Source: Podarcis melisellensis
Taxonomy: Eukaryota
Assembly (NCBI GenBank): GCA_964234715.1
Contig: OZ174275.1
Length of the DNA: 64,000 nt
Direction: 5' to 3' (one strand)
How positions within the stretch are numbered: position 1 is the stretch's first letter; every line of letters begins with the position of its first letter. Below the pieces are notes generated by a model, which saw only the letters and a list, made by a program, of their open reading frames with translations, made no database searches and was not told where the DNA came from. Position numbers and translations under genes: made by a program. Of this stretch, positions 38,932 through 49,754 are shown piece by piece.

Positions 38932-38964
38932 GATGCTTCTCTCTGCACAAGCTGGCTTTCGGTG

Positions 38965-38975
38965 ACTTTCGGATT
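38965..38975 (-). other. Self-priming primer-binding site
   Basis: Minus strand AATCCGAAAGT lies 2 nt after the 5' LTR and is exactly complementary to ACTTTCGGATT inside the LTR (39096-39106). There is no TGG tRNA-type PBS. Confidence 0.8.
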
Positions 38976-38977
38976 GC

Positions 38978-39385
38978 TGTGATGGGACGATGAGCTGCTT
39001 GTGCGTAAAATGCAAGTCCCTCAGAGTTTGATCAGGTTTTCAAACCTCTGCCTGTGACGGAGCCCCTCCAGCATGGCTGCGTCAATCACTAGTAGAATCC
39101 GAAAGTGGCTGCTTTCGGAATCTTTTCCAACATAAAAGCTCCTTAACGGAAACACGTCGTCTGGCCTCTCGGCGTGACAGTTTCCGTCGAGGTGTGGGTG
39201 TCCCTATAGGAGGTCCTGAGACCTCCCCACTGGTTTCGCTTGAAGCGTCTCTGAGCCATCCCTCCGACTCACTTTCCCTTGGAGTTCTTGCTCGCCCTCT
39301 ACTGGTTCCCTCTTCCGCTGCTACTGCTCTCTCAACCTCAGGGAGCCTTTGCACCTGCGGCGCTTTAGATGTCAGTTCCCTGACA
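38978..39385 (-). repeat. 5' LTR (408 bp)
   Basis: Direct repeat of 33888-34295. By eye only 2 mismatches (39121, 39123). Confidence 0.97.
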
Positions 39386-40731
39386 ATGTACTACAGCCTC
39401 CATGCAAAGCCATACTAGTTTGGAAGTAGAAGGCAGATTTTCTGTCTCCATAGTGTCCATGAGCATAACACTCTTTTCTGTCTCTCATAAGAATGAACAA
39501 CAAGTATTAATATAAAAGAGAAATGGGTAGATTCGTGGATATCATGGGATAGGGATTAATTTCCTCCTGTCTCCATTCACCACAGCAGTCCTAGTCGCCA
39601 GGATCAGACTGATCTGCAGAGCAAATGTTCTATATAATCTATAATCCAGTGACAATATTTTCATGGGTAGGTTTTCCCCCCCAAAAAATTGGCATCTGTT
39701 TTGATTCATCAAAAGCATGCTCCCGAACTAATCTTGACCATAGCACAATGTTACAGAATGTTGGGAACTGGCTTTTAGATATTCAAATAATTCTTTCTTT
39801 CCCAGATGGTTTTCTTGCCAAATCACTTGTTGGGCCAGATTCAAGTACCCCAGTTTGCTAGAGTAATGGTGAAAAAACAGTTGGGATGAAGATGATATAG
39901 GCTAGAACAGCTGGGCTGCCCCCTCAGACAGAAGCCAATATGCTCTTAGGGAGTTTTTGCCACTGCAGCTGCCACCACGTACAAGACAAGGCATTTTTAA
40001 AAGCAGCCTGCTGCTACAGCTGTGGGAGCTGCACCACATAAAACAGTAGAGAGAGTCTCATCATAGAGTACACAGTGTCCTACATTATACAGAAAGAGAC
40101 TCTTTGGATCGCAGCCATAGGTTTGAGTTAAAGCTAATGGTGATTTATATAAGCCAGTGGTTGCCATCCTTTTTGGACCAGTGGGCATATTTTGAATTTT
40201 GCTGGGGGTGCAAGTCCCAAAATGGTGGCAATGGGGGTGTGGCATATCATACAATGGCTGTCATAGGGTCTGGCAAAATACAATATTAGAGAGAGTACAA
40301 TCATGATGCTTTCCTCATAATTGTATTTCCATACAAGAAAAGGCTTAACCTGTTGAATATCTGCCTTGAAAATAAAGCGGCAGGAGGAAAATCACATTAA
40401 AGGGGGGGGTGAAGTACCTCTTTAGGATCCTAGGAATTCCTATTTTCCTGGTGTCTAAACTACTCATCAGTCACAACTATGACAACACTGACAAGTGGGA
40501 GCATCCAGGCTTGCTCATTTCACAGACATTGCTTAGAACGGTACCTTCACCTTTTGCTTCATGGCTTTCTTTCTAGGAGGGTTAGATACTTGATTCTTTG
40601 CGGGGGAGAGTCTGGGGACACAACTGAAGGTGCTTGGTTGGTGACCCCTGATAAATAGTCATATCTGATAGCTATATTCCTTTACAGTTGCCACCCAGGT
40701 TTCTTAATAATAGGGTATAATACAGATCCAG

Positions 40732-41094
40732 GGACGCAGGTGGCGCTGTGGGTTAAAGCCTCAGCGCCTAGGACTTGCCGACTGAAAGGTCGGTGGTTCG
40801 AATCCCTGCGGCGGGGTGCGCTCCCGCTGCTCGGTCCCAGCGCCTGCCAACCTAGCAGTTCGAAAGCACCTCCGGGTGCAAGTAGATAAATAGGGACCGC
40901 TTACCAGCGGGAAGGTAAACGGCGTTTCCGTGTGCAGCTCTTGCTCGCCAGATGCAGCTTTGTCACGCTGGCCACGTGACCCGGAAGTGTCTTCGGACAG
41001 CGCTGGCCCCTGGCCTCTTAAGTGAGATGGGCGCACAACCCCAGAGTCTGTCAAGACTGGCCCGTACGGGCAGGGGTACCTTTACCTTTACCTT
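40732..41094 (+). mobile_element. Sauria SINE, full length
   Basis: GGGACGCAGGTGGCGCTG head, (ACCTTT)3 tail, 16-bp TSD TATAATACAGATCCAG (40716-40731 and 41095-41110). Confidence 0.92.
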
Positions 41095-43289
41095 TATAAT
41101 ACAGATCCAGTATATTTTAGTATTCCAGAAAGAATATTGAATAATTGGTGCTACACTTGCTTGTATTATTTGCTGCTTCGATGGCGTATATATTAAAATG
41201 GGCTTAAATGAACATAGAGTTTGGATTTCCTGATAAATCTGCTAAAACAGCTTAAAATATCTCTCCTAATGGAGTCTGCTTCCCGATAATAGGCCTATTT
41301 GTCATACATTTTGATAACCTTCCCTTTGTTAAATGTTTAGAAACTATCAATAAGGAAGTCAGAGACTGTGTTGTAACTAGGATACCTCCTTACAAGCTCC
41401 TGCTTTATCAGTAACTAGATGGTTAAACAAAAAAAGGATGAGAACGTATTGTTTAAACACATTAGCTGAATTAAAGTGTTGGGGAACAAATCTGTAGGAA
41501 AAATAGCTGACTTTCTGAATGCAACATAGATATCCGTTACCCAAAAAATATGACAAATCCTACTAACAAGATTATTAGTTGGCTCTAGTTAACAAGTTCA
41601 CTTCCAACAGCAAATACATCACCTGTGAGCATATATATTTTACATATTAAATTATAAATAGGGGATTTAGCTGGGATGTTTCAACTTGCATCTGTTCTAT
41701 GGAGTCTTTCTGTCTCACAGAATAACAGATACAATTTTACCATTATGATTCGCCATTTGTTGACAATATAGAAAAAGATTGCTGATCATGTTATGAGTGT
41801 ACAGTCATTTTCATTATTAAGCACTTTCTAAACTAGACTTTAGGCTATGGTGTTGAACGTCTTTCATCTTGGGGGCTGCATTCCTATCTGGATAATCTTC
41901 TGAGGTCCACATCCTGGTTGTAAGCAGGGCCAGAGGTGAAAGTGAGCGGACCAACAAATGTAAATTAGACCTGTGTACCATAGTCTAGGTTCTACACATC
42001 TTTATACACTCCTCTTTTTCCTTAGACATTACCAGAGTTCAAGCACTCATTCCACCCATACAAAAACTCTCAGGGTATGAAACAGGGCCAATGAAGAGTG
42101 TGATCTGGGCACAGTTTCAAGGACTAGGTAGAGGCCTGGAAGGTAGCACTCCATCTTCAGGCCTGAGGTTCCCAACTCCAGCTTTAGGTCAGTTCCATAT
42201 TCCATAATCTGTTATCCAACATGACTCAGATGAAAATCAGGACATTTGTGAAACTAACTGCCTCAAACAAATTGATAGATTCCACAAGCTTTCCTGCCGC
42301 CACCCGCATGACCCCTTGCAAACTTTGCATGTTCCTCCCCATGGTTTGCTCATGGTTTTGTGGTTATGGCCACGGGGGAGGGAAATGCACCACTTTCCCA
42401 GGACAAGGTCCTAGAGTCCACCCTTCTTCTTTCCAAAACCTAGTAAGCGCTAACAAGGCTCTGGGAAGGAGCCCTTGTGCCTTCTTCTCAATGCTGCTGC
42501 TACCCCAGGAGCTGCTTCTGTGGCCCCTGTCTGCTGGCCGGGAGAAATTGGGGTGCCCTGAGAGCAAGTCAGGAACTGTGGCAGCTTAACTAATTCTGTG
42601 GCCATCCTGGCCAAATTGGGATTGTTGAGGGGTATTTAATCATATTGAAATGAATGCACTTCAGCATGTGCAACTGCTAAGCAAAGTATTTTAATTTAAT
42701 TAATTGTCCAGATGTAAGCATAAGGCCTGATTCAACTAATGGGTCCTGCTAGCACAATGGGACTTTCCCCTTTATTCCTCCACACCCACCCCAAGTGGTT
42801 CAGGGGGTCAAGAGAACTCCCAGAACAGGGTGGGAGTGGGGAGGCAGGATCATTCCACCAGGCAAGCAGAAATGCTTTTGCTGATAGAACAATCTTCTTA
42901 GTGCCATGTTGATTCCTACCATAGAATTTGAGAATATGATCTAAAGAAGGTTTTCCTCTTGGATTTGTTTACACAGTAAATAAAGCAGAATACGATATGT
43001 GTAAAAATAACTTAAAAGTATATGAAACTGACAAAAGTGTACAAAAAGAACACTGGTTGAGAAAAATTGGGTGACTTGGTAGAGAGGTAATGTGGCTGAA
43101 ACATCAAATAGAACAAAATAGAAGGCATTGTAGTAGTTTGGTGATGTGTTTTTTATGTTAATTCTATGAAACAGGTTTATGTATGGGTCCAAGTTACAAT
43201 AAGCTTTTCCTTCCAAAGATGTGCTTTCTTTGTTATAAATGACATTTGAAGTAGTTTTAAGTTGGAGTACACTAATTACCGTAAAACAA

Positions 43290-43706
43290 TGTCATGCCTC
43301 TGCCAAGCTCAGAGAAGGTCACAGGTCCAGGGCAGTTGGGGGTCCAGTTATGATGCACACAGACTTAAATTTAGAACAGGCAAACAGTCATCTAGAGGGC
43401 CAGGGACTTATGATCTTGTTGAATGTGGGTTGGTGGTCAGATTCCAGAGCAGCCAATGAGAAGGAAAGGTGAGAGAAGCCTATTCAGTTTCCCACACCAA
43501 CAAGTTGTTCAGACTGATCAGTCAGCTTTTATAAGACCTGATGGGTTCAGATTGGCCTGTGAAGTTAACTACCAATACTGAAGCCTGAAGACCCAGTTAT
43601 GTGAGTCTTCCTGGTTTGCTGAGGAATGAGAGCATGGAGGATGCAGGAGGTAAGGTGCTAGATACTGGCTGCTGTATGTGTTCGTTTAAGATAAGACACA
43701 CTTACA
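43290..43706. mobile_element. Candidate old solo LTR
   Basis: 417-bp TG...CA segment with an internal TATA-like CTTATAAAAG on the minus strand. Flanks AACAA/AGCAA match 4 of 5. Confidence 0.35.
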
Positions 43707-43876
43707 AGCAACCTTATTGAGCATGTGTAAATATTCATATGATTAACTTGTTCAAAGATATCATTGTTTGGTGGGGGATTGCAATGTATCACCTTTCATT
43801 TGCAAAACTATGTTTTTAATGTTTTTCCTGTTGTTAGAATGTATTTATTAAGTCAAGTATTCTCCTTTCTCTCTAG

Positions 43877-43961
43877 TAATATGGCCTGTGGTTATACCAG
43901 ACTTCTTCATTCTATTCAGAAAGTCATTCATCAGCAAGGATTTGATGGCTCCACTCCCCAG
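43877..43961 (+). CDS. ELP4: ELP4 coding exon (equivalent to exon 6)
   Basis: ctttctctctag|T...CAG|gtatta; 85 nt, phase 2/0, completing the TG|T codon from the previous exon. Encodes NMACGYTRLLHSIQKVIHQQGFDGSTPQ. Confidence 0.93.
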
Positions 43962-45949
43962 GTATTAAGCAACTTCATCTTCATCTACAAGCATGCAAAT
44001 ACAGTTTTCATACTGTTTGAAAGGGTGATCCAGCAGTGAACATGTGGTTTCCAAGCTATGATGAAGTAAACAGCAGCTATTTTTTAAAGTTTTGACTGGT
44101 GGACCACATGCTTTGTATTCAGAAGGTTCCATCTCTTATTCTTCTAGTTAAAGAATCAGATACTTGGTGCTGAGCAGCAGCAGACTTGGAAACTATGGTG
44201 CCCTGTGTGAGGCCAAATTTGGTGCTGCCTCTGCCCTGCTTTGGGAAGGAGATGTGAGGGCTCTGCCAGGGTCCTAGAGCCCTCCCATCTCCTTCCCAAA
44301 GCTGGGAAAGCACTAACTAAGCTTTGGGAAGGAGGTGGGGAGACTAGGACCCTGTCAAAGCCACAGGCCTCTGTCCCTAAGCCCAGTGCCTCACCAGGCT
44401 TTGAGTCCGCACCCAGTGCAGGCACACCACTCGCACAGCCCTAAATCTGCCCATGGACTGAGAGTGGCCTCTGCTTGAGAGTCATTGCCAGCCACAGTTG
44501 ACAGTATTGGTTAGATAGGCTGATTCTGTATAAGGTAGCTTCCTACTGTCGGGCTTTTTCTGTTTTTGACAAATGTGTGTAGCTTTGGCAAATGCAGTAA
44601 TAATCCATTAATAAATGCATTTTCTATACAACTACCAAATATTAATGAAAGATTACACCACTGGTGGTAAGTTACATGTGATTACTGTAACATAAGGTCT
44701 TTTTTTAAACAATTTTTTCATCTTATTGTTAAAAAACAAAATCTGAGGACTTGTCTTACACCATGCCTTTGCCACGGTCTCTCATGTACACTGCTCCATA
44801 TGGGAGATTTTTTCTGCTGCCAGGATCCCTCCCGTGCATGAAAATCTGCATTCATGGGAGGGCTGGGAACTCTCTATATCATCCACTAAATATTATAGAC
44901 CAAAACAAAACTTCTGATCCACAGGCCAAGATTAGAGGCATGTGCAAATGCATAAAGTGCTAATGCAGTCATGGGGAGGTGTGGTAGGGAACTAGCTTTT
45001 ACTTCCTGCTGCAAAAGCCCCTCATACTAAATTGAATGCTGCTTGAAAGGCCCTTTGAATTTCTGTACATCCTGCAGAATATCTACATTATCTTCAGGCA
45101 TCATTTTATGTAGTCTTAATTTTCAAAAGAAAACAGAATGAGTGTTATTTTATATATGCATTCTTCTACATAGAATCTATCAATTACCAGAATATAAGGT
45201 TTAGGATATTATTTAATTTATGATTGTTTAATATCCACCATTACCTACAAAATGTATTAAAGTTTATTCTAGCAAGTACCATAAAGTTATCTGCAGAGTT
45301 AATTCTGTTATTTTATTCTGTCCAAAATCAAAGCACTAATGCACTACTCTTGGGAGTTTATTCTCTGGTTAACTTGTCTCTTTAAATATGGATTCTATTT
45401 AATGCTTCTGCATTCTAGCGTAATTTTTATTAATGTTTATCAAGCAGAATTCTCCTGGTTGTTTTAGTTTTCAGTCTGTACTGAGCATAATGTGCAAGTA
45501 TGTTTTCCCTTTAGTAGTTAGCAGTGTCCTTCTGGAGAAGTAAATTGGTCCCTGACAGGCACCTCTGCTTTGGTTACCATAGCAACAGGCATGTCATAAC
45601 AGTTCCCCTAGTACAGTTTGTTGAGCTGCTCCTCCAACATGATGACAGGTCCTTTGGAAGAAGGAAATTGTAGAATATCGGAAGCAACAGCACCAAAGTG
45701 ACATGAAAACCCTGGGAGCAGACAGCAAATAACCTGCTACTGGAAAAGAGTTTAATAATAAAAAATGTGTAGACACTGGGTGAGGGATAAAAATAGCACT
45801 AAGGTATGTCCCCAATGCTTTTTTAATAACCCAGAACTCATAAGTAGATAAAGCCATTTCTAAGACATGAAGAATTGTTTTCTTCTTTTAAAACAACAAC
45901 AACAACAACAACACAGCAAGAGGAGCCAAACACTTCGTTTCTAGTAACA

Positions 45950-47550
45950 ATTCTGTTTCATTATTTAAAACATTTAAATCCTGCCTTTTTAAAGTTGTGC
46001 TCAAGAGGGCTAACAACAATAAATGAAAATTATATTAAGAATTGTAACAGTAGAACACTAAAAGCAGCAGAAAAACATTAAAACATCAGAAGTGGTGTTT
46101 GTGTGTATAAAAAAGGCAGACGAATATTAAAAATTCCATGCGAAGGTGGCCCCTCATGGCCCAAAAGCTTTCCTGAAAAGGAAGCTTTTAACCACCAAGT
46201 TGAAGGCCATTGAAGAGAGGGCAAGACAAGGCTCTGAAGAGGGGGGGTCTCAAGAGCCTGGTTGCAACCATGGAAAAGGATCTCTTTCTGGATTCAACTA
46301 AGCATACATCTAGGATGCTGGGTTGCTGCAGGCTCTTAATCTGCCCCTCTTAATCTGTTCGAAGAGCTCTTCGAACATTCATCTTTAGCGGATGACCTCA
46401 TTTTTCAGTATTATGAGGAGAGAAGATTCTCTCTAACCACTTCCTTCACACCATGCTTAATTTTATACGCCTATATCAATCATGTCCTTACCACACCCCC
46501 ATTTGCCTTTCTATATAAACTAAAAAGCCCAAAATGTAACCTTTCCTCATAGGGGAGTTGACCCAGCTAAACAATCATATTGGTTGCAGGTAATGAGAGG
46601 CTTTATGCACCAGAGTGAGTGCCTTAAATTGGGTTCAGTAGCAAACAGGCAGCCAGTACAAAACGTTAAGGATTGGTGATAAATGATCCACTTTGCAGTG
46701 CCAATTAGTAACCAGGCTGCTGCATTCTGCACCAGCTGCAGCTTCCAGATGTTCTTCATGGCAGTCCCATGTAGAGTGCATTGAAGAGAGCTTACCAAAG
46801 CATGTGCAGCTTGTAGCTAGGCCCTCCCAATCCAGGAAGCACTGGGCTTAGACACTCCTTGCCACTGAAGCTACCTGAAGCTACCTGAACTTGAAGTGAC
46901 AGTGGCTCTAAGAGCACCTCCTCCCTCCCCCTAAGCAGTGACCCTTCTCTTTCTGAGGGCGTGCAGATTTATCCCAAACAATCTAACTTCTGAAACCCTG
47001 AATCATGGAATTGCTCGCCCACAGTACTTCTGTCTTACTGGGATTCAGACTCAAGATTTTTGGCCCTCTTCTATTCTGTTACTCCTTCCAGACACTGCCC
47101 CAACACTTGAATACCCTCTCCTGATTCAGATGGTGGAGGTGTGTATTATGTCCATACTGATTACATTGTGCTCCAGATCCCTGGATGGCAGCTCCATAGA
47201 GTTGTTTTTTTTAAAAAAAAAAATCCAGACCAGATGAAATCCTACAGAATCCTGCCACCCAAATGCCAAAGGCTGAGCATAAGTTTCCAATTCTACTTTC
47301 CTTTCCTTTCTGTCAATAAGAGTGAAACCACCATATTCTAATGCTCTTAACCCATAAAACCATTCCAGGAAGATGTTGCAGTCAGTGCTTTCAAAATCTG
47401 CAGAGAGATTAAGGAGAACCAACAACGTAATCCATCAGGGTGACCAAGGTTGTTTCAATGCTTAGCCAATGCTGGAAACCAGCTTGAAATGAGTCTACAT
47501 AACCACATTCATCCAGACAAGCTGGAAGCTGAGCACCACCTCAATCAAGT
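45950..47550 (-). mobile_element. Degenerate L2-group LINE with a small CR1 fragment (~46400-46560)
   Basis: Relics LVLLNLSADFE.TD and KLQLVQNAAAWLL on the minus strand. Confidence 0.65.
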
Positions 47551-47879
47551 GATGGTCTCACTCAATGCACCTTGCTCATTCTGTTCCCTAGACTGAAAAA
47601 CCCTCTCAAAAGAAATGAGAGACTTTAACAATCATATAGAAGCTTTCTGAGGCCTCCTCAGATTTTAGCACAGGGGGAGTTGTGGGCAGCTTAGGGGGAA
47701 AGCCTGTGAGTAGCAGTGCATTTTGCTCTTGGATTTCCCTATAAACCCACCTATTCCTTTCTCTCATTTCCACCTCATCTCCCTGCTCCCCAATCCCAGC
47801 AAGGATATTCTAGAGTTTATTTCTTTCCTTTTAATGTTTCAGATGTTACTGAACATGTTACCTTTTTTATATTTGACAG

Positions 47880-48068
47880 AAGAAGCAAAGAAACATTTTG
47901 AGGATTGGAATTCAGAGCATTGGTTCAGTACTATGGGGTGATGACATTTGTAGTACTGAAAATCCACAAAATATTCATAGTCTCACAAAATTTATGTATG
48001 CTCTCCGTGGTCTCCTTAGAACATCTTTGTCTGCCTGCATTATTACTATTCCAGCTCATCTGATCCAG
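47880..48068 (+). CDS. ELP4: ELP4 coding exon (equivalent to exon 7)
   Basis: atttgacag|AAG...CAG|gtaggc; 189 nt, phase 0/0. Encodes [63 protein letters not shown]. Confidence 0.95.
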
Positions 48069-48828
48069 GTAGGCTTATGCTAAGTGCAACTTAATTGGGT
48101 GGATACATAAAGAAAAGCACAGTCAAGTTATTTTGAATTATTTAGAAGACTTCTATGCTGCTTTTTTTGACAATCATTTAAATGGATACTTAATGATCAG
48201 AATATGCCAAAGTGGTGCTATTGAATTGCTAAAGTCCACCTTATTTTAGCTGTATTTTTTCAGTAGCAAATATAGTGTTAAATTATTATCATTATTTTAT
48301 TTAATTTAATATAACTCAATTTAACTATGTTATTTAAAGTTGTGCTAGGCCATCATAGACCTCTGAGAAAGTGTGGTAAATGGGGAAATGGGGTGTTAAG
48401 GAGCTAGTCATTTTTGAAGGGAAAGTTACACTTAACAAACTATTGCAAGCTCGTTCCCATGTGTATGGCCAGAGGTTAGAATAGAAAAGGAGAATGTTCA
48501 ATTTAATTTAAATTGAAACAGTACAGCATGATGACATATGTTCAAGGATCCTGAAGATGTTTGCTGGGCGATCCTGAAGATGTTTGATTAGATATTACTT
48601 TGAAGAATTAATAGAGCACTGGAATGGTCACAAAAGATAAAGGGAGAGCAAATATAGTGCCCTCATTTGCATGTAACACTAAGCCAAAACATGACTTTGT
48701 GAGAACAAGCAAACATGCTTTTCCACCTCCCCACTAATTCCTGCTATACTGCACGGAACTAAGCAGTGGTTTTGCTTAGCATGTCATTGGAATATGGGCA
48801 AAAAGCTGGGAGAGAGTAGATCAATATA

Positions 48829-49043
48829 CAGTGGTACCTCAGGTTATAGACGCTTCAGGTTACAGACTCCGCTAACCCAGAAATAGTACCTCAGGTTAAG
48901 AACTTTACCTCAGGATGAGAACAGAAATCGCACAGCGGCAGCAGGAGGCCCCATTAGCTAAAGTGGTACCTCAGGTTAAGAACAGTTTCAGGTTAAGAAC
49001 GGACCTCCGCAACGAATTAAGTTCTTAACCCGAGGTACCACTG
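48829..49043. mobile_element. Tc1/mariner-pogo MITE, copy 1
   Basis: TA|CAGTGGTACCTC...GAGGTACCACTG TIRs and internal CAGGTTA repeats. Confidence 0.85.
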
Positions 49044-49512
49044 TGTGGCTGTTCTCCAGACAAACCACAAGCTGTAAACCATAGGACAAGCCTTGGTTCA
49101 GTTTATGATGTTTCTAGAGAGCTAAACCACAAGCCCATGTTCATATGACACACTAAGCCAAACCACTTCTTAGCTCAGTGCAGCAGTAAAGCAATTGAGG
49201 AGGAGTAAAGAGTGCTTACATGTAACTTGTCCATACTAAACCATGATTTAGCATAACATTATGTGTGAAGCACAATAGACAAGGAATTTCAAATTTTATG
49301 CTTGATTTCTGAATTAGGGAACTATTGGAGCAAATACTAACAGTATATTAGCACTTTTAATTTCTGAAATAATGACAAGCAGCCTATATGGTTTCATAAA
49401 GAAAAATATTTCAAGGCCAGTCTAATACTTTATTTGATAAAATTAGTTACATAGAGATAAGGTGGACAACCCTGGATATTTTAGGTTTAAAGTTAAAGAG
49501 GGCTTTGACCTA

Positions 49513-49754
49513 CAGTGGTACCTCAGGTTACATATGCTTCAAGTTACATACGCTTCAGTTTACAGTCTCTGCTAACCCAGAAATAGTGCTTCAGGTTAAG
49601 AACTTTGCTTCAGGATGAGAACAGAAATTGGGCTCCGGCAGCGCGGCAGTGGCGGGAGGTCCCATTAGCTAAAGTGGTGCTTCAGGTTAAGAACAGTTTC
49701 AGGTCAAGTACGGACCTCCGGAACGAATTAAGTACTTAACCCAAGGTACCACTG
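49513..49754. mobile_element. Tc1/mariner-pogo MITE, copy 2
   Basis: TA|CAGTGGTACCT...AGGTACCACTG|TA; same family as 48829-49043. Confidence 0.85.

Larger units (their letters stand above)
33888..39385 (-). mobile_element. Full-length Ty3/Gypsy chromovirus LTR retrotransposon (Tf1/sushi group), antisense in an ELP4 intron
   Basis: Two 408-bp TG...CA LTRs, 5-bp TSD ATGTA (33883-33887 and 39386-39390), uninterrupted gag and pol ORFs, a PPT, and PR-RT-RH-IN-chromodomain domain order. Confidence 0.97.

Noticed and set aside
38932-39015. N-terminal extension of Gag, and the Pol 'start' at 38083, in the ORF track
   Set aside because: The Gag extension begins at TTG inside the LTR, and the ATG at 38931 has a better context. 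Pol is better explained by a frameshift than by independent initiation at 38083.
39082-39354. 90-aa ORF in the 5' LTR as a separate gene
   Set aside because: It is a copy of the Pol tail and lies almost entirely upstream of the predicted TSS.
48829-49754. CRISPR-like or regularly spaced CAGGTTA repeats
   Set aside because: This is eukaryotic DNA; the repeats are internal to two Tc1/pogo MITEs with TIRs and TA targets.
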